A DNA stretch of 64,000 bases from an uncultured Gemmatimonadales bacterium (GTDB taxonomy: Bacteria; Gemmatimonadota; Gemmatimonadetes; Gemmatimonadales; Gemmatimonadaceae): positions 192,001-256,000 of the forward strand of contig CAVPQB010000006.1 in the NCBI GenBank assembly GCA_963707505.1. Reading direction: 5' to 3'. The notes under the pieces were generated by a model that had not been told where the DNA came from, did no database searches, and worked only from the letters and a program-made list of their open reading frames with translations. The translations under genes were made by a program, and so were the position numbers. Positions 1 through 9,229 of the stretch are shown here, in pieces (position 1 is the stretch's first letter; every line of letters starts with the position of its first letter).

Positions 1-362
1 TCGCGCTGTGCGCTACACAGGCTGGCTAGGCGCGATGCAGAGCCGTCAAGCGTTTCGGCCTGCGACCGGGAGGCGAAGCTTCGCCGCTGAACGTCATTCG
101 CGCGCGGGCCAGCGAACTGGCCCGATGCAATCGCGCTCACGAGTGGCGCGAAGCGTTTGCCGCATAGTGCCGCGCCGCGTGCAAGTTTGTCGCCACGCGA
201 TGCCATCTCGAAGAGTCCGGCGAAATTGGCGGTGCGTACAAGCACCTGCTGCGTGTCGAGCAACATCTCGTACTGAGATACAAGCGCGTCGAATTCATCG
301 AGCGCCTGAACCGCCTTGGCATATGCAGCGACCGGCACGTCAGCGATGAGTGCTCGCGTCAC
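1..362 (-). CDS. Helical protein downstream of fliD, FliT/FlgN-like chaperone candidate (runs off window edge)
   Basis: GTG at 362 overlaps the fliD TGA (GTGA). Frame stays open to base 1: MTRALIADVPVAAYAKAVQALDEFDALVSQYEMLLDTQQVLVRTANFAGLFEMASRGDKL. Absent from the ORF track because there is no stop in the window. Confidence 0.55.
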   Translation of the reverse strand, partial: MTRALIADVPVAAYAKAVQALDEFDALVSQYEMLLDTQQVLVRTANFAGLFEMASRGDKLARGAALCGKRFAPLVSAIASGQFAGPRANDVQRRSFASRSQAETLDGSASRLASLCSAQR

Positions 363-3300
363 TGGCCGAGCCCGTTCGAGGTGGTTTTATTCGTGCTGCT
401 GTTCGACGGGTTCGAGAACGCCGCGAGGAAGGAGTTGCCCTGAGCCATGATCTGCTGCACGGTGCTGTCCATCGTGGAGTATTCCTTGAGCAGGGCCGCT
501 CGCTGCAGCGCGATTCTCGCATTGAAATCGGTGAGCCGCGACTGTTGCATGCTTATCGTGGTGTTGAGTTGCTGGTTCTGAGCGTCGATCGTTCCGCCGG
601 TCTGTGTCCAGCTCGTGAGAAGCCGGTCGATTACGGAGCTGAATCCCTGCGTGAGCGTAAGACTGCCGATCGCGCCGGGAGTCGTGCCGAGATAGGCCAT
701 GCTCAGTCCATCGACGGGTGTTCCAGACGCGCCGACGAGCTGACGTCCGGATCCGGTAGCAGTGTACCCGCCAATCGTGCCCTGTATATCGGCGCCATAC
801 GCGCTTCCCGAGGCAATTCCCAACTGCGTGGCCGGACTCCCCGTGCCGGAGTAAGCAATCGAGAAGCCTGCCGATGCGCCATATGCGTTATGCTGAATCT
901 GTACCTGGCCGCCCACTGCGGTGGCGGTCATCGAGAGAATACCGTGACCCGTTGCAGTCACGTTCATCGTACCCAGATCGAGCTGTCCGCCACCTTCATT
1001 GTTCGCCGTGAGTGACATCGCAAGCGGTGACGTGCCGCTGTTGGCGGACTTCACCGAGATCTGGCCGTTGACGAACGACACCGTCGCACCCGTGCCAACC
1101 GACGATTGGAGCTGCGTAACGAAATCGGCGACCGTCGATGTCGCAGTCGTAGTGAATGTACCGGTGTAGGCAGAGCCATCGGAACGTGTGCCGCTGTAGC
1201 CGATCGTATCGCCGACGACGACTCCGGCGGACGAGCCATTGGCCAGATGCAGATCGGTCAACAGTGTCGCTGATGTCGCGGCTGCGGTCCCGGTCACATC
1301 GTTCAACGTCACCGATCCCGTCAGGGCCCGATTCTCTGGCGTGCCAAACGATGCGTTCAAGGCCGCCACGATCTGATCGGTGGTCATTCCTCCACTCAGC
1401 TGGATCTGCGCACTGGAGCTCGATGCAAGATCAGTCACAGTCATCGTATCCGGCGCGCCAGGCTGGTTGTACACGCCGCTGAAGCCGGTACCGAGCATCT
1501 GCGCCTGAGCAGCAGCCTGTGTGATGTTGACGGCGTAGCTACCGGGCTGAGTTGCGGTCGTCGAGGCTGTATACACGAGCGACGGGTTGGTCGAGACTCC
1601 TGATTCCTCGAACAGCTTGGTCACGTCCGCATACCGGCTCGTGAAAGCGGTCTGGAATTTCGAGGAGTCGAACGAGAGATGACCGTCCTTCGTGAGCGAT
1701 ATGCCAACGGTGTCCGGTGTCGCCATGTCCGACGCCGCGCCCGCGACTGGCGTGAGCATCGATGTGGAGAGCGCGCTCCGTGCGTTGCGCAGCAGTGGGT
1801 CGTTGTACAGAGTCGGGTTGCTGGTAGGATCAGCTCCCGGCGTCTGCTGCGTCTTGATGAAATCGACGACCGCGTTGTATGCGTTGACGTAGTTCTGAAC
1901 TGCCGATGTCGCTGCGCTACCGCTGAGCGATACGTTCACGTTCGCGATCGTATTGGGATCCGCGGCAGTGAGCGTGAGCGTCGTATTTGCTATTACGTCG
2001 GAAACCGTATTGCTCGAGCGCGTGAAGGCGACGCCATCGACCGAGAACTTTGCGTCTGTCCCGGTCACGAGCTCACGCGAGCGACCCGTGGATGTAGTTG
2101 CAAAGGCACCGAAATCGAGCCGGCCGCCGCCTTGATTGTTGGCCACCATCTGCAGCGAGAGACTGCTCTGACCGGCAGTACCGTCGCTGACGACGATATG
2201 ACCGCTCGCGTCGACGGATGCCGTCGCCGGCCGCGCACCTGCACCGAAGCCGGTAGTCGCGTCGTTGAGGGTATTGAGCAGGTCCTGGACCGTGCTGCCT
2301 GCCGCAACAGTGAACGAGACATTCACCGCCGAGCCGTCGCCGCGTGTTCCGGATATCGTCAGCGTATCGCCGACCTGTGCGCCCGATGCGGAGCCGCCAT
2401 TCCACAGATTGGTTAGCAGCGTCGATGCCGTTGCTGGCGTACTGCCGTTGCCGTCCGTCATCGCGCCACTCTGCAGCTGCTGAGCTACGGACGACCTGCC
2501 GGCTGTGAGAATGCCGAGCTGTTGCAATGTGTTTCCGCCATCGACAAAGCTCGTCGTGTTGCGGACGTCGAGGTAATACTGCGTCGTGCCGTTTGCAGTC
2601 GTGCTCTGAACGGTCGCCTGGATTCCAGGCACAGCCGAGAATTTCGCCGCGAGCGAGGTGAGCGAATCCGTAGCGAGGTCGATCGAGACAGTCTGACCCG
2701 CTATCGTGACCGTCTGCGCGCCTGGCGCGACGGTGAGTCCGAGCTGAGATCCGATGCTTGTCGTAGCGGACGCAAAATTATCGCTCTGGGCTCCTGCGCT
2801 GGTAACGTGCTTGATCGCAGTGGTCGAATCGATCCAGCCCAGCGACTGGGCTATGCCCTGCGAGCCATCGACGAGGTTGATTCCTTTGGAACCGGTCTGC
2901 ACACTCGTGAGGACAAGCCGCTGTGCGTTCGACGAATCGGTAACGATCGCGGCGCTGACACCGCTGGCATTTACGCCAGAATTGACACCGTTGATCTTGT
3001 CGCGAACCGAGACCAGCGTATCGGTAGCAGCGATCGTCACGGTCTTGCCATTGATGACGAAGTCGCCGGCAAGGCCGAGGGCCGCGGTGCTGCTCGCGAA
3101 GGTATTGCCGGAGAGTTTTTCAGCCTGCGCGGTCTGGAGCACCTGGACCGCGTATGATCCCGGTGATGCGCCGCTCAGCGCTGAAGCGGAAAGGATTGTC
3201 TGGCCGTTTGCGGCAGTCGCGTTGGAAACGTTGGCGTTGACGCCCTGAAACGCTGTCCCATTGCGCATGAGGCTGGTGGTCGCCTCGAGATTCGAGAGCA

Positions 3301-3469
3301 GTCCGCTGTAGGTCTGATACGCGCTCTGCTGCGCCTGCGCCGTAGTGATGCGGGTCTGCATCGCTACGCCGGGCTGCGACTGGATCTGGATCAGACTATC
3401 CACCAGCGAGCTGTAGTCGAAGGTGCTGCCGAGACCTGGGAATGATCCTACAGGGGTGCTCATTGTCAT
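359..3469 (-). CDS. fliD: Flagellar filament cap protein FliD, unusually long (1036 aa)
   Basis: FliD N-terminus (GLGSTFDYSSLVDSLIQ), AQAEKL and DAKFSVDGVAFTRSSNTVSDVI motifs, C-terminal LLKEYSTMDSTVQQIMAQ; GGAGG RBS; follows flagellin. Confidence 0.93.
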   Translation of the reverse strand: MTMSTPVGSFPGLGSTFDYSSLVDSLIQIQSQPGVAMQTRITTAQAQQSAYQTYSGLLSNLEATTSLMRNGTAFQGVNANVSNATAANGQTILSASALSGASPGSYAVQVLQTAQAEKLSGNTFASSTAALGLAGDFVINGKTVTIAATDTLVSVRDKINGVNSGVNASGVSAAIVTDSSNAQRLVLTSVQTGSKGINLVDGSQGIAQSLGWIDSTTAIKHVTSAGAQSDNFASATTSIGSQLGLTVAPGAQTVTIAGQTVSIDLATDSLTSLAAKFSAVPGIQATVQSTTANGTTQYYLDVRNTTSFVDGGNTLQQLGILTAGRSSVAQQLQSGAMTDGNGSTPATASTLLTNLWNGGSASGAQVGDTLTISGTRGDGSAVNVSFTVAAGSTVQDLLNTLNDATTGFGAGARPATASVDASGHIVVSDGTAGQSSLSLQMVANNQGGGRLDFGAFATTSTGRSRELVTGTDAKFSVDGVAFTRSSNTVSDVIANTTLTLTAADPNTIANVNVSLSGSAATSAVQNYVNAYNAVVDFIKTQQTPGADPTSNPTLYNDPLLRNARSALSTSMLTPVAGAASDMATPDTVGISLTKDGHLSFDSSKFQTAFTSRYADVTKLFEESGVSTNPSLVYTASTTATQPGSYAVNITQAAAQAQMLGTGFSGVYNQPGAPDTMTVTDLASSSSAQIQLSGGMTTDQIVAALNASFGTPENRALTGSVTLNDVTGTAAATSATLLTDLHLANGSSAGVVVGDTIGYSGTRSDGSAYTGTFTTTATSTVADFVTQLQSSVGTGATVSFVNGQISVKSANSGTSPLAMSLTANNEGGGQLDLGTMNVTATGHGILSMTATAVGGQVQIQHNAYGASAGFSIAYSGTGSPATQLGIASGSAYGADIQGTIGGYTATGSGRQLVGASGTPVDGLSMAYLGTTPGAIGSLTLTQGFSSVIDRLLTSWTQTGGTIDAQNQQLNTTISMQQSRLTDFNARIALQRAALLKEYSTMDSTVQQIMAQGNSFLAAFSNPSNSSTNKTTSNGLGQ

Positions 3470-3483
3470 TTCCTCCGTATGCG

Positions 3484-3523
3484 ACGAGCCCGTAGGAGCC
3501 CATTCGGGCCCCTACGGTCTCGT
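3484..3523 (-). terminator. Stem-loop between fliC and fliD (terminator/attenuator candidate)
   Basis: Imperfect inverted repeat acgagcccgtaggagccc-attc-gggcccctacggtctcgt; no clear U-tract. Confidence 0.4.
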
Positions 3524-3580
3524 AGCCGGGCTTGGGGAGACAGGAGATTCCTCTCCGCTGCCCTCACCCGGTTAGTTCAT

Positions 3581-4703
3581 TTACTGGAAGAGCTTCAGCA
3601 CGCTCTGCTGGCTCGAGTTCGCCTGCGCGAGCATTGCCGTACCGGCCTGCTGGAGGATCGAGAGCTTGCTGTAGTTCGTGTATTCCTGAGCCATGTTCGT
3701 GTCGCGGATGACCGACTCTGCGGCCGACACGTTCTGGTACAGCGAGGCAACGTTCGTGGTCGCGTAGTTGAGGCGGTTCTCAGCCGCACCGAGCGAACCG
3801 ATGACGGTATTGACCGACGATACGGCCGCACGTGATGCTCGCGAGCGCCGTGGTAGCATTGGCCATCGTATCGACCGAGATGCCGGCCAGGTTCAGACCG
3901 GTGGCAGAGCTGGCGCGAAGATCGCCGAGGCTCACGCTCACGAGGTTGTCCGAGTCACTGGTTGCACCACTGCCGACGCGGAACGCTGCGCTGGTGGTGT
4001 TGGCAGTGATGATCGTCTTGGTATCGAGACCCACGTTCCGGCGATTGCCGCGGTCGGATCGCCGTTGAACGTGAACGAGATGCCCATCTTGTCGAAGTTC
4101 AGCGTCTGCGTGCCACTTGCTGCGGTCGTAATGGTCTGGGATGAGGTAGCAGTGCTGAGCTTGAGGTGCGTTGCGTCAACTTTGCGAGATCGTGTATGTC
4201 GCGTTGACGTCTGCACCGGAAACGGAGAGGCCTGAGAACCGACGTTGTTCTTGGCTGTACCGGTGCCGGAGTCGCTGACGCCGAAGCTGCCGTTCAACAG
4301 CTGAGATCCCTGGTACACGGTGCTACCGACGGTGCGGTCGATTTCGGCAGTAGAGCTGCGTGAACTCTGCGTTGATCTTCTGGCGATCGTTGTCGGTCAC
4401 GTTGGCAGATGCGGACTCGGTGGCGAGCTGCTTCATGCGATCGAGAATGGACGAGATCGTCTGAGTCGCGCCGTCGGCGATCTGGAGCAGCGAGCCAGCC
4501 TGCGATGCATTCTGCTGGGCCTGCTGCAAGCCAATACCGTTGTTGCGAAGCGAGTTCGCGATACTCATGCCTGCCGCGTCATCACCTGCACGGTTGAGAC
4601 GGAAACCAGATGACAGCTTCTGGATCGAGCTGGTCAGCTGGGTCTCGTTCGTGTTGAGGTTGTTCAACGCGTTCATCGAGTTGATGTTGTTCTGAATAAA
4701 CAT
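3581..4703 (-). CDS. fliC: Flagellin, split by several single-base frameshifts
   Basis: N-terminal IQKLSSGFRLNRAGDDAAGMSIAN (4323..4703) and C-terminal LGAAENRL...AAESVIRDTNMAQE...ILQQAGTAMLAQAN (3581..3859); intermediate ORF pieces join in order. Confidence 0.95.
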
Positions 4704-4748
4704 TACGGTGTGGCTCCATTAGCGGTTTGTGGTAGAGCTTCCTTGCTC
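4704..4748 (-). promoter_or_regulatory. Two CsrA-binding sites in the fliC leader
   Basis: Hairpin GAGC-AAGGAA-GCTC (4748-4735) with GGA in the loop, plus ATGGAG overlapping the Shine-Dalgarno; csrA and fliW are in the cluster. Confidence 0.75.
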
Positions 4749-4782
4749 CACCCTGTCCGGCCGGTCTGGCCGTATGGTGTAT

Positions 4783-4809
4783 TTATCGGCAGTGCCGAGG
4801 AAAGCTTTA
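4783..4809 (-). promoter_or_regulatory. Sigma28 (FliA) promoter of fliC
   Basis: Exact consensus TAAA-N15-GCCGATAA (TAAA 4809-4806, GCCGATAA 4790-4783). Confidence 0.92.
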
Positions 4810-4812
4810 ACG

Positions 4813-4842
4813 CGAAAGGCGTGGATTAATCCACGCCTTTCG
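4813..4842. terminator. Perfect 30-bp palindrome after fliW, probable terminator
   Basis: cgaaaggcgtggattaatccacgcctttcg is self-complementary; lies between the fliW stop and the fliC -35 box. Confidence 0.6.
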
Positions 4843-4890
4843 GTCTGCCCGATTCCCGATGCAACGGGAACCTGCGGATACATCCGTATC

Positions 4891-5343
4891 CTACAGCCTG
4901 AATGATTCGCGAATGCCGTAACTACTCTCGGCGAGCACCACCTGGCTGCCTTCGCTGAGGCGGGTGTTGATCACGACTGGCCCCTGAAGATTGGCGGTAG
5001 GCAGCTCGCCTGGTGCGGCGGGAAGCGTGACGATTGCGAGGACGTTTACCTCATCGGGCGAGGCTGCGTGCGTTTCTGTCGCATCCAGGTCGAGCGTATA
5101 GCCTTCGAAGAACATGAAGGGGTCGACGAGGAGAAAGGCGAGCGACGAGTAGTCGGCCGACTGCAGCCAGTACACGTGTGGCCGCTCGGACGGAAGGAGC
5201 ACGAACGAGCGACACTCGGGAAAGCCGAGCAATCCCTCCGGAAAGGTGAGCAGGGAACCGGGCTCGACGGTGATCGTGCCTAGTATGTCGGAAGAGATGG
5301 TGACGGTGCTGGGCATCGAGTAAGCCAGGGCGGCGGATGTCAT
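4891..5343 (-). CDS. fliW: Flagellar assembly factor FliW (CsrA antagonist)
   Basis: LTFPEGLLGFP, WLQS, AFLLVDPFMFFEGY and TANLQGPVVIN motifs. Confidence 0.93.
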   Translation of the reverse strand: MTSAALAYSMPSTVTISSDILGTITVEPGSLLTFPEGLLGFPECRSFVLLPSERPHVYWLQSADYSSLAFLLVDPFMFFEGYTLDLDATETHAASPDEVNVLAIVTLPAAPGELPTANLQGPVVINTRLSEGSQVVLAESSYGIRESFRL

Positions 5344-6221
5344 TTCAGATAGTCTGTCAGGGTCATGCCCAGCACGCGCGACGTTGCGAGCATCGCGGAT
5401 TGGTACGCCGTCTGGCGGGTCACGAGATCGGTGATCGCCTGCTCCTGGTCGACGTTCGAGAGATTCGACTTGAAGGTGGTGAGGTTTTGCTGAAGCGCGG
5501 TGATGTTGGAGCTGGTGACCTGAAGCTGGTTCTCGCGCGCGCCGAGATCGCCGACGAGCGACTGAACTCCCTGTTGCGAATTATTGAGGCTCGTGAGGGC
5601 CGCGCCAATCCCGACCTGGTCGTTGTTGCCCAGCGCTGTCGAAAGATCCTTGAGCGACTGAAGCGTGCCCGTGTCGAGCAACAGCTCCTTCGCATTGTGA
5701 TTGGATTTGAACAGCTGGCCCGCACTGATCTCTGTCGTGTGCGTTCCGGATGGTGCGGTTCCAGTATAGAATGGTGGCGTCGTCGTGACCGGGGCAGTTG
5801 TGGTGTTGTCGCCACCGAACAGATACGTGCCCTGATACTGAGTATTGCCGGCAGCCACGGCGGAACTGAGAAGGTTGTCGACTTCCTGTTTCGCAGCCAG
5901 ACGGTCGGACGCGCTCGCCGTTGCGGTGCCCTGTTGCGTTGCGATCGCGGTCGCGCGTGTCACGGTGTCGGTGAGCTGCTGCAGCACCGTGTCTTCCATG
6001 TTAGCGCGGGCCGTCGCGTCGTTGACATTGCGCTGATACTGATTGAGCGCATTGAGTGCAGTGGACGTCTGCATGACCGACGACTGCGCCTGCGGGTCAT
6101 CGGCGAATGAGCTGTACTTGAGACCGGTGCTCACCTGATTCTGAGCCGTGGTCATCGCTTGTAAATTCGACTGTAGCGACAGAGTCGCGTTAGTCTGGAT
6201 CATGCTGTTCGTGATGCGCAT
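5340..6221 (-). CDS. flgL: Flagellar hook-associated protein 3 FlgL
   Basis: MRITNSM start with GAGGAG RBS; QVSTGLK, NTQYQGTYLFGG, C-terminal AYQSAM...TLTDYLK. Confidence 0.93.
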   Translation of the reverse strand: MRITNSMIQTNATLSLQSNLQAMTTAQNQVSTGLKYSSFADDPQAQSSVMQTSTALNALNQYQRNVNDATARANMEDTVLQQLTDTVTRATAIATQQGTATASASDRLAAKQEVDNLLSSAVAAGNTQYQGTYLFGGDNTTTAPVTTTPPFYTGTAPSGTHTTEISAGQLFKSNHNAKELLLDTGTLQSLKDLSTALGNNDQVGIGAALTSLNNSQQGVQSLVGDLGARENQLQVTSSNITALQQNLTTFKSNLSNVDQEQAITDLVTRQTAYQSAMLATSRVLGMTLTDYLK

Positions 6222-6259
6222 CGTATTGCTTTGCTCCTCGCAAAAGCGTATGCTGTGGA

Positions 6260-6287
6260 GTATCGAGCGCATGGCGTCCGCGCTTTA
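6260..6287 (-). promoter_or_regulatory. Putative sigma28 promoter of flgL-fliW
   Basis: TAAAG at 6287 and CTCGATAC at 6267-6260 (16-nt spacer after TAAA). Confidence 0.5.
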
Positions 6288-6310
6288 GGCTCACCACCCG
6301 TATTCAACCA

Positions 6311-7753
6311 ATGGCAACTATTCTATATGTAGATGACGAGCCATCGGTCGGGTTGATACTGGAGGATACACTGCGGCGCGCCGGGCACGACGCTGTCGGC
6401 GCCCGGAACGTTCCGGAGGCTCTTCAGGCACTGGCACGCGGCAACGTGGATCTGATAATCTCGGACTACCGGATGCCGGGATTGACGGGCCTGGAGTTTC
6501 TGTCGCTCATCAGGCGCGAGGGGTACGAGGTGCCTCTGATAATGTTGACCGGCTATGCCAGCATCGAGCATGCGGTGTCGTCGATCAAGGCCGGCGCAGT
6601 GGACTACATCACCAAGCCGGTTCGCCCGCAGCAGCTCGAGCTCGCAGTCGATCAGGCATTGAAGCTGGTTCGCCTCAAGAAGGAGAACGACGCGCTCCGG
6701 CGTGAGGTCATGGAGTTCCGGAACGAGCGCCAGATCGTGGGCGACAGTGTGGCCATTCGCCGGATAATGCAGACGGTCGCGACCGCGGCGCCTACGCGGG
6801 CGACGGTGCTGTTGCAGGGTGAGTCCGGTACTGGAAAGGAGTTATTCGCCCGTTCGGTCCACGATCAAAGCGACCGGCGCGACCGGCCATTCATCCAGCT
6901 CAACTGTGCCGCACTGCCTGAGGGTCTGGTGGAAAGCGCGCTGTTCGGCCATGAGAAGGGCGCGTTCACGGGTGCGATCAAGCGCGTCGAGGGAGCATTC
7001 GAGCGTGCCAACCGGGGCACCCTACTGCTCGACGAAATCTCCGAGATGCGGCTGGACCTTCAGGCGAAACTGCTTCGCGTGCTCCAGGAGCAGGAGTTCG
7101 AGCGGGTTGGCGGCACGTCCACTATCCGGGTGGATGTTCGGATCATCGCCACGACGAACCGGGATCTGGCGGCAGAGGCTGCGCGCGGAGCGTTCCGGCA
7201 GGATCTCTATTATAGGTTGAGCACTATCCCGGTCGCGATACCGCCGCTGCGCGATCGAAAGGATGACATTCCGGCGCTTGCCTACAGGTTCGCGATCCGA
7301 ATCGGCGCCGAGATGGGCAAGGAAGTGCGGGCGATATCTCAGGAAGGGCTCGAGGTATTGCAACGATACGACTGGCCGGGGAATGTCCGGGAACTCCAGC
7401 ACGTGGTGGAGCGGGCGGTGATCCTTTCGTCGGATCCAGTCGTGCCGGCGCATGCGTTCGAGGGGCTCAGATTCGGGCTGGCGAACGTGCTTGCCGGACC
7501 CGTGTCGGCGACCCAACGGGCGCTGATCGCCGCCGGACTGGTGCCCATTCCAGATGACGATCGGGATGACGGCGTACTCGTGCGGCTGACGTCGCTAAAT
7601 GTCGAGGATGCGGAGCGCGCAATGATTCAGAAGGCACTCGAGATGTCCGGAAATAATCGCACGAAGGCGGCGGAGCTGCTGGGGATGAGCGTCCGGACTC
7701 TGAGGAACAAGCTCAATGGGCCGGCGAATGGAGAGGCAAGCTTGACCCTGTAA
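6311..7753 (+). CDS. Sigma54-dependent response regulator (REC-AAA+-HTH; FlrC/FleR/FlbD-like flagellar activator)
   Basis: REC domain (YVDDE, IISDYRMPG), Walker A GESGTGKE, GAFTGA loop, LLLDEISE, FRQDLYYRL, WPGNVREL, Fis-type HTH NRTKAAELLGMSVRTL. Confidence 0.93.
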   Translation: MATILYVDDEPSVGLILEDTLRRAGHDAVGARNVPEALQALARGNVDLIISDYRMPGLTGLEFLSLIRREGYEVPLIMLTGYASIEHAVSSIKAGAVDYITKPVRPQQLELAVDQALKLVRLKKENDALRREVMEFRNERQIVGDSVAIRRIMQTVATAAPTRATVLLQGESGTGKELFARSVHDQSDRRDRPFIQLNCAALPEGLVESALFGHEKGAFTGAIKRVEGAFERANRGTLLLDEISEMRLDLQAKLLRVLQEQEFERVGGTSTIRVDVRIIATTNRDLAAEAARGAFRQDLYYRLSTIPVAIPPLRDRKDDIPALAYRFAIRIGAEMGKEVRAISQEGLEVLQRYDWPGNVRELQHVVERAVILSSDPVVPAHAFEGLRFGLANVLAGPVSATQRALIAAGLVPIPDDDRDDGVLVRLTSLNVEDAERAMIQKALEMSGNNRTKAAELLGMSVRTLRNKLNGPANGEASLTL

Positions 7754-7757
7754 AATC

Positions 7758-7929
7758 CGGCAAGATATGCCGATCCGGCACTTTCTTCCTCTTTTTGCCG
7801 CTAGGAACATATTGCCGCAATAGGACATTTCGATCGGATATCCAAGCGCTAAGTGATTATATGACAATCACTTAGCGCTTTTGTATTTCCGGTGGCCCGA
7901 TGTGCGATCAGTTTGGTCCTCGCGTTGCT
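7758..7929 (+). promoter_or_regulatory. Sigma54 promoter of the flgB operon with enhancer dyads and IHF-like box
   Basis: TGGTCCTCGCGTTGCT (GG 7915-16, GC 7927-28); dyads cggcaagatatgccg 7758-72, cggcactttcttcct 7776-90, aggaacatattgccg 7803-17; CAATCACTTA 7865-74. Confidence 0.78.
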
Positions 7930-7945
7930 TTAGCACGACCACGAG

Positions 7946-8243
7946 ATGATCACAGGATTCATTAGCCGAGTAGTTCCGGCAGGCGAGCTGAAGGACGCTC
8001 TGGACGTTGGGACCCAAAGGGTTCGGGCGATCGCTGATCGTGTGTCCAAGGCGTCGCTCCAGAATCAGGACGGCTTCGCTCTTCCGGGCACGCCTGGAGC
8101 TAACGGGGCTGTTACGACCTCGCTCCGGTGTGGACATAGAGAGTGAGATGATCAGTCTGGCCGACGAGCAGCTGCGCTACGAGGCGACATCGAAACTGTT
8201 GTCGAAGGCCTACGATCAGGTTCGAACCGCCCTCAAACCCTGA
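7946..8243 (+). CDS. flgB: Short divergent FlgB-like rod protein (frameshift near 8125)
   Basis: First gene before flgC; N-terminal LKDALDVGTQRVRAIADRV and C-terminal VDIESEMISLADEQLRYEATSKLL match FlgB termini. Confidence 0.7.
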
Positions 8244-8249
8244 TAATCG

Positions 8250-8846
8250 ATGCCTCGTCCAGTCGGATTACTTCCGTCGCCAGCGGCAAACCAGCCACAG
8301 CCGATGTTCCGGTCTCTCGCGATCTCAGCGAGCGGACTGTCGGCGCAGCGGGTTCGCATGGAGACAATCGCATCGAACATCGCAAATGCGGAAACAACGC
8401 ACGACGTAAACGGGCAACCATACCGACGGCGCGTCGCTGTTCTCTCCGCAGGCGACGGTGGGACAACGAACGGCGATCCAGTTGCGCCGGGACAGCCATC
8501 AGGGACTTCGGGCGTGTTCAACGGCGTCAACGCGTTTCAGGTACCGAGCGGCGATTTCCCGGCCGACGGACCGCGTCGCTTCGAGGTGCCGGTGCTCGAG
8601 ACGAACGGGCCGAGTGGCGGTGGCACCGGTGTGCATGTCGCCGGTATCCAGGAAGACAGGACTGACGGGCAACTGGTCTACGATCCGGGACATCCGGATG
8701 CGGACAAGAACGGATATGTGCATTACCCGAACGTGCGGGTGACGGACGAGATGGTGGACATGATGGATGCGCGCCGAGTGTACGAGGCGAACGCCAGCGT
8801 GTTTCAGACGGCGAAGGGAATGCTGAAGCAAGCTCTGAACATTTAA
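8250..8846 (+). CDS. flgC: Basal-body rod protein FlgC
   Basis: ISASGLSAQRVRMETIASNIANAETT, PYRRR, YDPGHPDADKNGYVHYPNV, ARRVYEAN. Confidence 0.96.
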   Translation: MPRPVGLLPSPAANQPQPMFRSLAISASGLSAQRVRMETIASNIANAETTHDVNGQPYRRRVAVLSAGDGGTTNGDPVAPGQPSGTSGVFNGVNAFQVPSGDFPADGPRRFEVPVLETNGPSGGGTGVHVAGIQEDRTDGQLVYDPGHPDADKNGYVHYPNVRVTDEMVDMMDARRVYEANASVFQTAKGMLKQALNI

Positions 8847-8862
8847 GCCACAAGCGACCAGA

Positions 8863-9222
8863 ATGGCGATCAACGGAATTAGCGGCGGCGGGTTCAATCC
8901 ATATGCAACGGGCGTAACGCGTCCGAGTGCGGGCTTGCCGCGCCAGACGACGCAGACGTCGAGCGATGTCGCGGTGGCCGATCCAAAGGCGCTTGCGAAC
9001 GCGATAAAGAGCGACGCGGCGGCCCGAACGGCACAACTGAACTCGGGAACGGCGCCGACTGGCGTGGATCAGGATCTCTGGAGTGTGTTGAGCAAGGAAG
9101 AGCGCTCGTTCTTCATGAAGGCTGGCACGATGGGGCCGTTGACGTACGGCCGCACGAGCTCGTCGCAGAGTCCGGCACCAGCGCCGATTCTGCGTGGCGG
9201 CCGTCTGGACATCAAGGCCTGA
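8863..9222 (+). CDS. Hypothetical protein inside the flagellar operon (119 aa)
   Basis: Fills the flgC-fliE gap with tight spacing; ends in GGRLDIKA. Confidence 0.7.
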   Translation: MAINGISGGGFNPYATGVTRPSAGLPRQTTQTSSDVAVADPKALANAIKSDAAARTAQLNSGTAPTGVDQDLWSVLSKEERSFFMKAGTMGPLTYGRTSSSQSPAPAPILRGGRLDIKA

Positions 9223-9229
9223 GGATCCA

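Noticed and set aside
6222..6272. Longer flgL start given by the ORF track
   Set aside because: MRITN at 6221 is the typical FlgL start and has a GAGGAG RBS.
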